Source of the DNA: an uncultured archaeon
Lineage (GTDB): Archaea; Asgardarchaeota; Lokiarchaeia; Sigyniarchaeales; SOKP01
Reading direction: 5' to 3'
Assembly (NCBI GenBank): GCA_964508365.1
Contig: CAZDTP010000050.1
Span: forward strand, 1 to 31,742
DNA length: 31,742 nt
Position 1 is the stretch's first letter, and the number at the start of each line of letters is the position of its first letter. The position numbers were made by a program, and so were the translations under genes. Shown in pieces: positions 1 through 9,405 of the stretch. A model generated the notes under the pieces. It made no database searches. It had not been told where the DNA came from and saw nothing but the letters and a program-made list of their open reading frames with translations.

Positions 1-38
1 TTTGATTTTTAGGTTTTTCTTTTTATAACGAGACTATT

Positions 39-893
39 TTAACGTAAAGGGTATTTAGGATCTTTCTTCCCAAAAAACGCAGCAGAAGCCTCGTTCATAT
101 CTTTAGAACTAAAGGTAAGAACTATGCTAGAATTCTCTAATTGGCAAATAGTCTCTAAACTCGGAGAATCAAGAGTCAGATTTAACGCTTGTTTTGTCAT
201 TCTTAAACCTAAGGGGCTCTTCTTTAGCATTTCATTAGCTAGCTCCATCCCAGATTCTAACAGATCTTTCGATTCAACGGATCTTAACGCTAATCCAATT
301 TTCACAGCTTCTTCCGCTCCTACAGATCTTCCAGTATACATTATCTCAGAAGCTCTAGCTAATCCTATTAAGCGAGGGAGAAAATAACTACCGCCTACAT
401 CTGCTCCAGATAACCCAATATTGATTGAAGCGTTTATAAAATTAACATCATGGGCTATAATTCGAAAGTCCGCAGCCATGGCAAAACCAAATCCGCCCCC
501 AGCAGCCGCACCTTGAACTAATGCAATAATTGGCTGGCTTATCTTGCGCATTTTTACGAAAATTGAACTAATGCGCCATTGATGATACATTTTTTTTTTA
601 ATCGGTTCTGATACATCAAGAAAATAATATTTCTCGTACCCTTCGGGAATCTTTTTTGTGTTTAAATGTAAACCTTCCTGTAAATCAGTACCAGCGCAAA
701 AAGCTCTTCCTTCAGCCTTTAAAATCAAAACACGGCAATCTAAATTCACCATGAGGTGGTCAAATACCTCGTGTAATTCCTGTTCCATTTGGAAGTTAAT
801 TGCATTTAATTTGTTCGGGCGATTAAGGGATAATATTCCAATCCCATTTTCTTTCAATTCAAATTTTATTGTCTCAAAATTCATTGTTTTCAC
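39..893 (-). CDS. Enoyl-CoA hydratase/isomerase (crotonase superfamily), copy 1
   Basis: LNRPNKLNA, AFCAGTDL oxyanion motif, IALVQGAAAGGG, LPRLIG, AEEAVKIGL. Confidence 0.92.
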   Translation of the reverse strand: MKTMNFETIKFELKENGIGILSLNRPNKLNAINFQMEQELHEVFDHLMVNLDCRVLILKAEGRAFCAGTDLQEGLHLNTKKIPEGYEKYYFLDVSEPIKKKMYHQWRISSIFVKMRKISQPIIALVQGAAAGGGFGFAMAADFRIIAHDVNFINASINIGLSGADVGGSYFLPRLIGLARASEIMYTGRSVGAEEAVKIGLALRSVESKDLLESGMELANEMLKKSPLGLRMTKQALNLTLDSPSLETICQLENSSIVLTFSSKDMNEASAAFFGKKDPKYPLR

Positions 894-926
894 TAATTTT
901 TAATTTGATATTTTATATTCTAATTC

Positions 927-1781
927 TCAACTCAAGGGATATTTTGGCTGTCTTTTTTCGAAAAAGGATTGAATTCCTTCCATTATGTCTTCTGAAGCAG
1001 AACAAAGCATTTGTGCGCGATTTTCTAATTGAAGAATCGTTTCCAGACTTGGAGAATCAAGAGATAAATTGAGTGCTTGTTTCGTCATACGCAACCCTAA
1101 AGGGCTTTTGTGTAGCATATTTTCTGCTAACTCAATAGCAGCATCAAATAATTTTGCTTCTTCAACAACGCTTAATACTAATCCGATCTTTTCAGCTTCA
1201 TATGCGTCTACAAATCTTCCTGTGTATATAATTTCTGCCGCTCTAGACATCCCTATTAGTCGCGGAAGGTGATAACTAGATCCTAAATCTGAGCCAGAAA
1301 ATCCAACATTGATAAATGCGTTATTAAACCTCGCGTTACTGCTGGCAATCCTAATATCTGCTGCCAAAGAAAAAGCGAAACCAGCTCCAGATGCTGCGCC
1401 TTGAATTAAGGCGATGATTGGTTGACTAATCTTACGCATTTTCACGATAATTTGACTTGTGTGCCACTGAGCGTATAATTTTGCCTTTATAATATCTTTA
1501 TCGGGAGCATTTAAAAAATGAAACTTTTCTTTTAATTCTGCTGGCTTCTTTTTAGACTGTAAAATCATCGATTCTTTCAAATCCAAGCCAGCACAGAACG
1601 CTCTCCCTTCTGCTTTTAATATAACAACACGACAATCTAAATTAACCATTAAAGAGTCAAATAAAGAGTGCAAATCTTTAATCATCTGAAAAGACATAGC
1701 ATTTAATTTATCAGGACGATTAAGTGTTAGTATTCCAATTCCGTTTTCTTTTAATTCAAATTTAATGGTCTCAAAATTCAT
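927..1781 (-). CDS. Enoyl-CoA hydratase/isomerase (crotonase superfamily), copy 2 (tandem paralog)
   Basis: LNRPDKLNA, AFCAGLDL, IALIQGAASGAG, LPRLIG; shares blocks such as MNFETIKFELKENGIGIL and KSPLGLRMTKQALNL with 39..893. Confidence 0.92.
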   Translation of the reverse strand: MNFETIKFELKENGIGILTLNRPDKLNAMSFQMIKDLHSLFDSLMVNLDCRVVILKAEGRAFCAGLDLKESMILQSKKKPAELKEKFHFLNAPDKDIIKAKLYAQWHTSQIIVKMRKISQPIIALIQGAASGAGFAFSLAADIRIASSNARFNNAFINVGFSGSDLGSSYHLPRLIGMSRAAEIIYTGRFVDAYEAEKIGLVLSVVEEAKLFDAAIELAENMLHKSPLGLRMTKQALNLSLDSPSLETILQLENRAQMLCSASEDIMEGIQSFFEKRQPKYPLS

Positions 1782-1909
1782 TTTTTTTCACTTTTCCTTT
1801 AATAATTTAATAAAAACACATTTGAATTTATAATTTAAGACTGAACTTGAATCGGGATGAAAACAATCCATTTTAATCATTAAAAATGTAATTGATAATA
1901 TTTATTAAA

Positions 1910-1963
1910 TGTCATTTATCTTATTATAATGACAATTAAAAAAAATAAAATTTTATAATGACA
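1910..1963. promoter_or_regulatory. Putative autoregulatory operator of the AbrB/PIN operon
   Basis: Inverted repeat TGTCATT-N11-AATGACA (1910-1934); direct repeat TTATAATGACA at 1924-1934 and 1953-1963, the latter overlapping the start codon. Confidence 0.5.
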
Positions 1964-2206
1964 GAGAAATTAACCCAAAAAGTTTCTTCAAATGGAAGAA
2001 TAGTCATACCAAAAGAGTGGAGGGATAAATTAGCTATTAACGATACTAATTTGGTTGAAATGGAATTAAATGAGGATAAAGTAATCCTAATTAGAAAAAA
2101 GATTCATCCCCTCGAAATTGAAGATAACCTATTTGAAGGAGTTTCTCCATTCACAGATGAAGAGCTGGAAGAAGTAAAAAGATCGCTATTTCCAATTAAA
2201 GATTAA
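1958..2206 (+). CDS. AbrB/MazE/SpoVT-family antitoxin (VapB-like)
   Basis: KVSSNGRIVIPKEWRDKL AbrB motif; acidic C-terminal tail; lies directly upstream of a PIN gene. Confidence 0.85.
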   Translation: MTEKLTQKVSSNGRIVIPKEWRDKLAINDTNLVEMELNEDKVILIRKKIHPLEIEDNLFEGVSPFTDEELEEVKRSLFPIKD

Positions 2207-2226
2207 TTACTTTTTTTTGATTTAAA

Positions 2227-2631
2227 ATGACAGAAAAAGCAGTAATTGACGCACAAGTCTTATTCTATTTCCATTATGACTATAAAAAAGTCCCGTTAAT
2301 GCTTCAAGAACTGAAAAAAAAAGTAATAGATGGAAAAATAACTGTAATAATTCCTACAATTGCAATATCTGAACTAGTGTGGAAAATGCGAAAAACTGAT
2401 AAAATAGACGCGGTTAAAAGGGCTATTGAAAGATGGGAAAAATCTGAAAATGTGATAATTGATGATTTTGATATTGAGATCATCAAATTAATGCTAAAAA
2501 ACATCGAAAGCCACGAATTACACGACGAGATAATTGCCATGACATGTAAAAAATACAATACATGTATCATTTATTCTACTGATAAAAATTATGAAGAAAT
2601 ATTCAAACTAAAACTAAGATCTTGGAGATAG
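2227..2631 (+). CDS. vapC: PIN-domain toxin (VapC-like)
   Basis: PIN acidic residues in VIDAQ, AISEL, LHDEII, YSTD; 134 aa; follows an AbrB gene. Confidence 0.8.
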   Translation: MTEKAVIDAQVLFYFHYDYKKVPLMLQELKKKVIDGKITVIIPTIAISELVWKMRKTDKIDAVKRAIERWEKSENVIIDDFDIEIIKLMLKNIESHELHDEIIAMTCKKYNTCIIYSTDKNYEEIFKLKLRSWR

Positions 2632-2700
2632 AATATTAGACTAATTTCCTCATATCTTTTTCCTAATAATAATATCCCTTTTTAAAATCGTTGAAATCCA

Positions 2701-3486
2701 TTATATACACCAAATAAGTTCATATAAAGTCTTTTTAGCTAGACTAAATAAAGTATGCAGATGGTCCTCAGTTAAATGAAAGTGTAGCTCCCAATTTTCT
2801 TCAGATAAATAATCGCTAATAGTAAAAATTGCCCCTGCTTCGATATTAAGATACTTTGCTATCACAAATATAGCAGCAGCTTCCATTTCTACCGTTAATA
2901 CACCTTCATCTCTGTAATGTTTTAACTCCGCTAGAGTTTCACGATAAGGGGCATCTGTTGTCCAACTTGTTCCCGTGTGGTAATTTAAATCCATATCTTT
3001 AGCTATCTCAATCAATTTTTCAGTCAAGTCACGAGAAGGATATGAGTACTTCTCGCTTAATGCGTAATGATGCGATGTTCCCTCATCTCTAATTGCTCTC
3101 GTGCAGATAATGGTAGTCCCTAATTGGAGATTTTTCTGTAGAGATCCAGCAGTCCCTATTGAAATGAATGATTTTATACCGAAAGCGTTAAGTTCTTCCA
3201 AGAGAATTCCAACTACTGGAGCTCCAATTCCAAAAGTTCCACAAATAGCAATTTTTTTATCAGAATCGTTTAAAAGAAAGAAATCTTTTCCAAATACATT
3301 ATCAACCTTAGTAAGAGAATAATTTTCTATAATATAGTTTAGTATCGTAGGGGAATAACAAATTATTACTCCTTTTGGAGGTTCAATATCAGGAAATATT
3401 CCAAGATCTTTCTTATACTTCCAGAAATCTTCAGCTTGAACAACAGTTCTCTCACGATGTTTATCTGGAAAATTTGGAAATGTCAT
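2701..3486 (-). CDS. Nucleoside phosphorylase (PNP_UDP_1, uridine phosphorylase-like)
   Basis: FGIGAP, SIGTAGSL, AIRDEGTSHHY, WTTDAPYRET, VEMEAAA motifs. Confidence 0.9.
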   Translation of the reverse strand: MTFPNFPDKHRERTVVQAEDFWKYKKDLGIFPDIEPPKGVIICYSPTILNYIIENYSLTKVDNVFGKDFFLLNDSDKKIAICGTFGIGAPVVGILLEELNAFGIKSFISIGTAGSLQKNLQLGTTIICTRAIRDEGTSHHYALSEKYSYPSRDLTEKLIEIAKDMDLNYHTGTSWTTDAPYRETLAELKHYRDEGVLTVEMEAAAIFVIAKYLNIEAGAIFTISDYLSEENWELHFHLTEDHLHTLFSLAKKTLYELIWCI

Positions 3487-3554
3487 ATTCCTTTTAAAGT
3501 TCTAAAGAATATGAAATTTTTTGAAAAGTCTATCTCTTACAAATTACAGCTGGG

Positions 3555-4352
3555 TTATTTCTGAATAGGATTATTCTGAAAATTAATTTTCTCAATCCAT
3601 CTTAACTCATTCAAGACATCCGGGATCAGTTTAAAGTCGTTCCAACTCAAATCAAGACTTTCAAGATTTGTAAGGTCACTTAAGGTATTTGGTAAATCAG
3701 TTAAATTATTACAACTTAGATTCAAATTTTTTAAGTTCTTCAATAATTTAATAGAGGAAGGAACTTGGTCTCTTAGGGATATACTTAATTCTGATATGTG
3801 TTGGGCTTGAATTTTAAACATTACATCATTATCATAAATCAGCTTACTGTTTGAATTCCAATTAAAACTATTGTAATTGTCAAGATTAAATTCTAAATCT
3901 AATAAGAAAGGAACTTCCTCGGAAATAACATCAAACTTTTCAGCTATTTTCTCTAATCTTTGAAGATAAATTGCATATAAAGTCTTGTATTGGCCAACTT
4001 TTGGATTATTTAACATCTTTCCGAGAGCTTTAAGAAATCTAGACGATTTATCGTTTAATAGAGCCCATTCCAAGCATTTTTCTCCGGCTTGTAAATAATT
4101 TTCAAAAATAATTTTTGCGGAAATTATCCTAATCTCTTCAAATTCGTCAGAAATTACGCAATTTTCTAGGGGTTTAAAAACAATGTAATCTTGAGTTTTC
4201 AGTCTGTATAGAATCTTTAAGCTTTCCAACCTAGCGTTAGTATTATCAGATTTTTCTATGATCAAAATTAGAAACTCAATACCTTCTATCCTGTTGATTT
4301 TATTTTGGAGCATTTTCTGGTAGATGGTGTTTGGGTTTAGTGTAACTTTCAT
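3555..4352 (-). CDS. Leucine-rich repeat protein with helical N-terminal domain
   Basis: C-terminal LRRs (LKNLNLSCNNLTDLP, LESLDLSWNDFKLIP, IEKINFQNNPI); helical HEAT-like N-terminus. Confidence 0.85.
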   Translation of the reverse strand: MKVTLNPNTIYQKMLQNKINRIEGIEFLILIIEKSDNTNARLESLKILYRLKTQDYIVFKPLENCVISDEFEEIRIISAKIIFENYLQAGEKCLEWALLNDKSSRFLKALGKMLNNPKVGQYKTLYAIYLQRLEKIAEKFDVISEEVPFLLDLEFNLDNYNSFNWNSNSKLIYDNDVMFKIQAQHISELSISLRDQVPSSIKLLKNLKNLNLSCNNLTDLPNTLSDLTNLESLDLSWNDFKLIPDVLNELRWIEKINFQNNPIQK

Positions 4353-4482
4353 TTCGAACGATTTGGTAATAAACTTTAATTATACTACTCCACTTATTTT
4401 TTAAAGTTTTAAAATACTTATTAGATTGTGGATTATTATAAACATCATTTACTATTTACAATTTTAAATATCAGAGAAGAAT

Positions 4483-6882
4483 TTGATTGTTAAAGCTCCT
4501 TCTGAACGGATAGATAACCTTAAAGATAACTTGCTATCAAGTAAGTATGAACTGTGTATCGAACGCATGAGATTTTTCACTGAAATCTATAAACAATATC
4601 CATATGATCCCGAAATTATTAAAAGAGCGAAAGCTATAGCACACACTCTAAAAAATATGACCATTTTTATTAGAGACGATGAATTACTGGTTGGAAACGA
4701 AACTAGTAAAAATTTAGGCGAAAAAATCAATCTCGATCTTCAACGTTACGATAACAGCTTAGAGAAGAGAACAACCTATAAGAAGTTAAGAAGAAGGAAA
4801 CTTCAACCTTTTTTTATCGAAGAGCCTGATATTGATGAGTTACTCGAAATAATTCCTTTTTGGAAAGGGAAATCGCTGGCAGACAATCGGATTAATACAA
4901 AATTACGAGAAGAAAAACTTATCACAGGAGAGGGGCAAATTGCTTCCTTAGCTCCAAATATTTCTGTTCAAATTGGAACGACAGAAGGCCATTTATGTGC
5001 TGGCTACGAAAAACTCTTGAATTTAGGATATAAGGGGATAATCGAGGAGGTTGAAGCATATCAATCCCATCTAGATAAAAATAATAAGGATTTTCAAGAT
5101 AAATATCATTTCTACGAGGCTGTTAAAATTTATTACAGAGCAGCTATAGATTTTTCAAACAGATTTTCAACTCTTTCTCTTGAAATGGCAAGAACTCAAA
5201 ACGACGAGAAACGAAAAAAAGAGCTTAATACTATTGGAGTCATGATGAATAAATTTACCCAAACTGCCCCAGAAACTTTTTACGAGGCAGTCCAATTTAT
5301 ATGGTTTACCCAAAATATAATAAATATTATTTATCAGCGAAGCGTTGTGGCTCTTGGTCGATTAGATCAGATTTTATGGCCTTATTATGTTCAAGATCTT
5401 AAAAACGGTGAGATTGATAAGGAACACGCGTTGGAATTAATAGAAGAACTCAATTTAAAATTAACTTGGAATGTTACAATATTACCTACAGACTTTACTT
5501 TAGTAGCTAATGCTCTTGGTCAAAACACCCAAACAATTACTATTGCAGGCATGGATTCAAATGGTAAAGACGCAACAAATGAGTTATCTTACCTTTTTCT
5601 TGAAGCTTATAAGAATGTAAAAGTTTTCACAACTGATCTTTCTGTAAGAATTCATAAGAAAACCCCAAGAGAATTCTTTGAAAACGCTATTAAGGTTTTT
5701 AAACAAACTTCAGGTATTGCGTTTTATAACGATGATGTAATCGTTCCAGCACTTCAAAATACTGGCTACTCTCCCGAAGATGCTCGGAATTACGTTATAA
5801 TAGGATGTGTAGAACCTACAGGTCAAGGAAACAGTTTTTCAGCAACAGCTAGGATGTTCATTAATCTACCCGGAGTATTGGAATTAACTTTAAATAATGG
5901 ATATAGCAATTTCTCAGAAAAAATAGATGGTTTACAGACAGGAAATCCAAGAGAGTTTACCACATATAATCTATTTTACGATGCGTTTACACGCCAACTT
6001 AAACATAATATTGAACTATCTGTGAGGATTGCCGAAGTTGGAGATAAAGTAGCTATGAACTATTTTCAACATCCATTTGTGTCTGCTACGCTTGATGGAT
6101 GCTTGGAAAGTGGAAAAGATTATGTGTGTGGAGGTGCAAAAAATAATTATTCGTCGATTACTGCTTATGGGTTTGCTACTTTAGTTGATTCCATGTATAA
6201 TATTAAAAAAGTTGTGTATGATGAAAAGTTAATGTCTTTATCAGATCTTATAGATATTCTCAATTCAAACTTTGAAGATAATGAAGTTTATCGCCAAAAA
6301 TTAATTAATAATTACGAAAAGTGGGGAAACGATGGTGCTGAGATTGATTCGTTTGCTGTTGAATTATGGGATTTATTCACTCTAGAGGTAGCCAAACACA
6401 AACCTTTAAGAGGAGGTAGATATAGCGCTGGAGCTTATTCAATGGGCATCCATGTAATGGAAGGTATTTTAACCCGACCAACAGCTGATGGTAGAAAAGC
6501 AGGAAGACCCATCTCAAATAGTCTATCTCCCGTGAATAAGGTTGAAAAAAACGGAATTACCGCAACATTGAATTCAATCGCAAAATTAAATTACAACCAT
6601 TCTACGAACGGAGTAGCTGTTAATGTGCGATTACATCCTCAAAACTTGGAAAGTCAAGAAAACATCGAAAAATTTTATCACTTATTAAAAACCTATTTTG
6701 ATAAAGGCGGTATGCAGATTCAACCAAATGTGGTTTCAACTGAAACTTTAAAAGATGCACAGATCCATCCCGAAAATTACGCTGATTTAATTGTAAAAGT
6801 TGGAGGTTATAACGCTACTTTTGTTGATTTAGGAATTCCGATTCAAAACGACATAATAGATAGATTAGAAAACAAATTTTAG
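4483..6882 (+). CDS. Glycyl radical enzyme (PFL2/dehydratase-like GRE), substrate unknown
   Basis: Cys loop IIGCVEP, GRLDQ, ADGRKAG, GGMQIQPNV, glycyl loop LIVKVGGYNA; 799 aa; TTG start. Confidence 0.92.
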   Translation: MIVKAPSERIDNLKDNLLSSKYELCIERMRFFTEIYKQYPYDPEIIKRAKAIAHTLKNMTIFIRDDELLVGNETSKNLGEKINLDLQRYDNSLEKRTTYKKLRRRKLQPFFIEEPDIDELLEIIPFWKGKSLADNRINTKLREEKLITGEGQIASLAPNISVQIGTTEGHLCAGYEKLLNLGYKGIIEEVEAYQSHLDKNNKDFQDKYHFYEAVKIYYRAAIDFSNRFSTLSLEMARTQNDEKRKKELNTIGVMMNKFTQTAPETFYEAVQFIWFTQNIINIIYQRSVVALGRLDQILWPYYVQDLKNGEIDKEHALELIEELNLKLTWNVTILPTDFTLVANALGQNTQTITIAGMDSNGKDATNELSYLFLEAYKNVKVFTTDLSVRIHKKTPREFFENAIKVFKQTSGIAFYNDDVIVPALQNTGYSPEDARNYVIIGCVEPTGQGNSFSATARMFINLPGVLELTLNNGYSNFSEKIDGLQTGNPREFTTYNLFYDAFTRQLKHNIELSVRIAEVGDKVAMNYFQHPFVSATLDGCLESGKDYVCGGAKNNYSSITAYGFATLVDSMYNIKKVVYDEKLMSLSDLIDILNSNFEDNEVYRQKLINNYEKWGNDGAEIDSFAVELWDLFTLEVAKHKPLRGGRYSAGAYSMGIHVMEGILTRPTADGRKAGRPISNSLSPVNKVEKNGITATLNSIAKLNYNHSTNGVAVNVRLHPQNLESQENIEKFYHLLKTYFDKGGMQIQPNVVSTETLKDAQIHPENYADLIVKVGGYNATFVDLGIPIQNDIIDRLENKF

Positions 6883-6903
6883 ATTTACAACAACTTTAAC
6901 CGA

Positions 6904-7338
6904 ATGAAAATGGAGAAATTATTTCCTATAAGTGTTAATCCGCAGTTTTGTGTCCGTTGTGAAAAATGCTCTTATTCTTGTCCAACAAAAGCAATATTTT
7001 TTAGAGATTCACTTCGATACGTCGATTATAATAAATGCAAAGGATGCTTGAAATGTGTAGATGTTTGCGAACACAACGCTATAGTTGTAATTTCGTTAGA
7101 AGAGGGGCGTTTAATTGATTTTAAAATTGATAAAGAGAGATGCATCGTTTGTAAAAAATGTTTAGAGTCAAATTTCTGCTTTCAAAACTTATTTAAGCTT
7201 TGCGTTGAGTCAGATACAAACAAAGAATACATTGAATTTAATAATAACTCAATGGATAAATGTGATAATTGTTTAAAATGTTTTAAAGATTGTCCAAACA
7301 ACGCAATAATCCCAAATATATATATAAATGGAATATAA
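6904..7338 (+). CDS. Polyferredoxin with four [4Fe-4S] motifs
   Basis: CVRCEKCSYSCP, CKGCLKCVDVC, CIVCKKCLESNFC, CDNCLKCFKDCP. Confidence 0.85.
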   Translation: MKMEKLFPISVNPQFCVRCEKCSYSCPTKAIFFRDSLRYVDYNKCKGCLKCVDVCEHNAIVVISLEEGRLIDFKIDKERCIVCKKCLESNFCFQNLFKLCVESDTNKEYIEFNNNSMDKCDNCLKCFKDCPNNAIIPNIYINGI

Positions 7339-7470
7339 CTCTTGTTTAACGAATTTAATTTATAGGTTATTAATTCTTATTTAAGAAATCTATTTATTTA
7401 AGTCTAAGGTTAATTTCCAAAAGATTTTTTACATTTACATATTCTGGGACAATTAATTAATCTTAGAAAA

Positions 7471-7677
7471 CTATTTTAATTTAGAATCCTCGCTCCCATC
7501 TGGAAGAACATAATCAGGCGATACATATCCCTCTTCTTTAAATCTTTTTTTTCGAATACAATTTTTACATTCGTTCCAGCAATAGTTTTTTACCCATTTT
7601 TCATCAATCAAACCTTTATCTTAAGCTCGTTTCATCGCAGATGTCTCATCATACCAGCGACAAAAATTTTTCTTCAT
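7471..7677 (-). pseudogene. Small Cys-containing conserved protein gene interrupted by an in-frame TAA
   Basis: Manual translation MKKNFCRWYDETSAMKRA*DKGLIDEKWVKNYCWNECKNCIRKKRFKEEGYVSPDYVLPDGSEDSKLK; internal TAA at 7621-7623. Confidence 0.6.
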
Positions 7678-7708
7678 ATCACTTATAAACATATTATTAC
7701 TATTATTT

Positions 7709-8476
7709 TTGTCTAAAAGGGAAATTAAATTGAAAATCGATGATTATCAATTAGCTGCAGAATGGATTTTGGAATCGAAGAAGACTATACTTTTTACAGG
7801 AGCAGGAATTTCTGTCGAAAGTGGAATTCCACCTTTTCGTGGTGAGAATGGACTATGGAGTAAATATAATCCAGCTTTTTTATTAATGAGTAATTTTAGG
7901 AGATATCCAAAAAAATCTTGGGAATTGATATATGAGATTTTTTATGAGTTTTTCAATCAAGCAAATCCAAATGAAGCTCATTATATCATCGCAGAACTAG
8001 AAAAAAAAGGATTAATTTATGGAATAATTACCCAAAATATAGATAACCTACATCAAAAGGCAGGGAGCAAAAGTATTGTAGAATATCATGGGACATCAAG
8101 AACCTTAACCTGTTTAAATTGTACTCAAAAATTTAATAGTAATAACCTTATAAATAAAGAAAAATTACCTCCTCACTGTCCCAGTTGTGATGGTTTGTTA
8201 AAACCTGATTTTGTATTTTTTAATGAGCCAATTCCCGCTGAAGCTCAAAATCTTTCGAACAAATATGCTTCGACAGCCGAATTGTTTATGTTAGTAGGAA
8301 CTACTGGAGAGATAATGCCTGCTTCTTTAATTCCATATTTTGCAAGAGAAAATGGTGCACGAATTATTGAAGTCAATATTGAACCTACTAAATACACTCA
8401 GTCAATTGTTGATATTTTTTTAAAAGGAAAAGCTACAGAAGTATTTATAAAACTCAAAAAAATACTTAAATTCTAA
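7709..8476 (+). CDS. cobB: NAD-dependent protein deacylase, Sir2 family
   Basis: TGAGISVESGIPPFRG, TQNIDNLH, HG, Zn-binding CLNC/CPSC, GTTG; start may be TTG 7709 or TTG 7730. Confidence 0.95.
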   Translation: MSKREIKLKIDDYQLAAEWILESKKTILFTGAGISVESGIPPFRGENGLWSKYNPAFLLMSNFRRYPKKSWELIYEIFYEFFNQANPNEAHYIIAELEKKGLIYGIITQNIDNLHQKAGSKSIVEYHGTSRTLTCLNCTQKFNSNNLINKEKLPPHCPSCDGLLKPDFVFFNEPIPAEAQNLSNKYASTAELFMLVGTTGEIMPASLIPYFARENGARIIEVNIEPTKYTQSIVDIFLKGKATEVFIKLKKILKF

Positions 8477-8652
8477 TAAAACTCCTCCTTTCTTAGATAT
8501 TAAATCAGGAGAAAACCCATATTGTAATTAAATATTATAAGAAAAGGTAATAAAAATAAACGATTTAGATTTAAAAAAGTTAGATAAGCTTTTATCTTAT
8601 TGTTATAAGCTTAATAATGAACAATAAAAAATATTAAAAGTGAATTTAAAAA

Positions 8653-9057
8653 ATGGTAGAAACCGTGATATTGTGTAAGGAGGGAACAATTAACTCTTAT
8701 TTAAGTGCCCTCGTTATTGCAATGAATAAAAAGAAGAAAGGAGATGATGTACATGTTGTGTTTATGCAAGAAGGATTGGCAAGTCTTGTGGACAAAAATT
8801 TTAGATTTATGCCTGGCTTGGAACCATATGCGAAAGATATAGAGAAAAATGCTGCTATGATGGGTGTTCCTTCAGATCCTTTCGAATTAATAAAAGAAGC
8901 AAATAAGGTAGGAGTTTCTTTATATGCTTGTCAAGCATGGATGAAACTTTTAGGTGGAAAACCTCCAAAATTTCCAATTCCGGATGGTTTGCAGAAACTG
9001 GAGTTATCAGAATTAATAAAGGCGCTAGATGAAGCAAAAAAAGTGTTTTCAATTTAA
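8653..9057 (+). CDS. DsrE/DsrF-like family protein
   Basis: DDVHVVFMQEG and SLYACQAW with the conserved Cys; 134 aa. Confidence 0.7.
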   Translation: MVETVILCKEGTINSYLSALVIAMNKKKKGDDVHVVFMQEGLASLVDKNFRFMPGLEPYAKDIEKNAAMMGVPSDPFELIKEANKVGVSLYACQAWMKLLGGKPPKFPIPDGLQKLELSELIKALDEAKKVFSI

Positions 9058-9120
9058 ATTGAAATTTAAAATCCGATAATTATTAAAAAAAATAGAAAAA
9101 GAATTATATCTTTAGCTAAT

Positions 9121-9240
9121 CTTATACTGCATGGAACCTCAAAAACATTAACTTGCATAAAATATAATAACAAATATAATAACACTAAACTTCTCGAAGC
9201 ATTTCCACCTTATTCTCCTAAGTGTAATGGTTTGTTAAAA
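9121..9240 (+). pseudogene. Decayed fragment of a Sir2-family gene
   Basis: Translates LILHGTSKTLTCIKYNNKYNNTKLLEAFPPYSPKCNGLLK versus VEYHGTSRTLTCLNC...LPPHCPSCDGLLK in 7709..8476; no start codon; stop at 9250-9252. Confidence 0.75.
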
Positions 9241-9405
9241 AGAATGAGTTAATAAAAACTAATTTGATTTTTTTTTTTACAAAAAAGTAATATATTATTA
9301 ATAGAAAGATCAATATTTAATTATCTAAAAATTAACTTTAGAAACCTAAGGGAGAAATAAAAAAGGTTTCATAATAATTGATGACATATGACCTACTAAT
9401 CTATA

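Noticed and set aside
1958-2631. Toxin-antitoxin pair as the marker of a mobile element
   Set aside because: No integrase, transposase, terminal repeats or obvious composition shift nearby.
7354-7470. Minus-strand frame with CPRICKC after the interrupted small gene
   Set aside because: Under 30 codons, no start codon and no recognisable homology.
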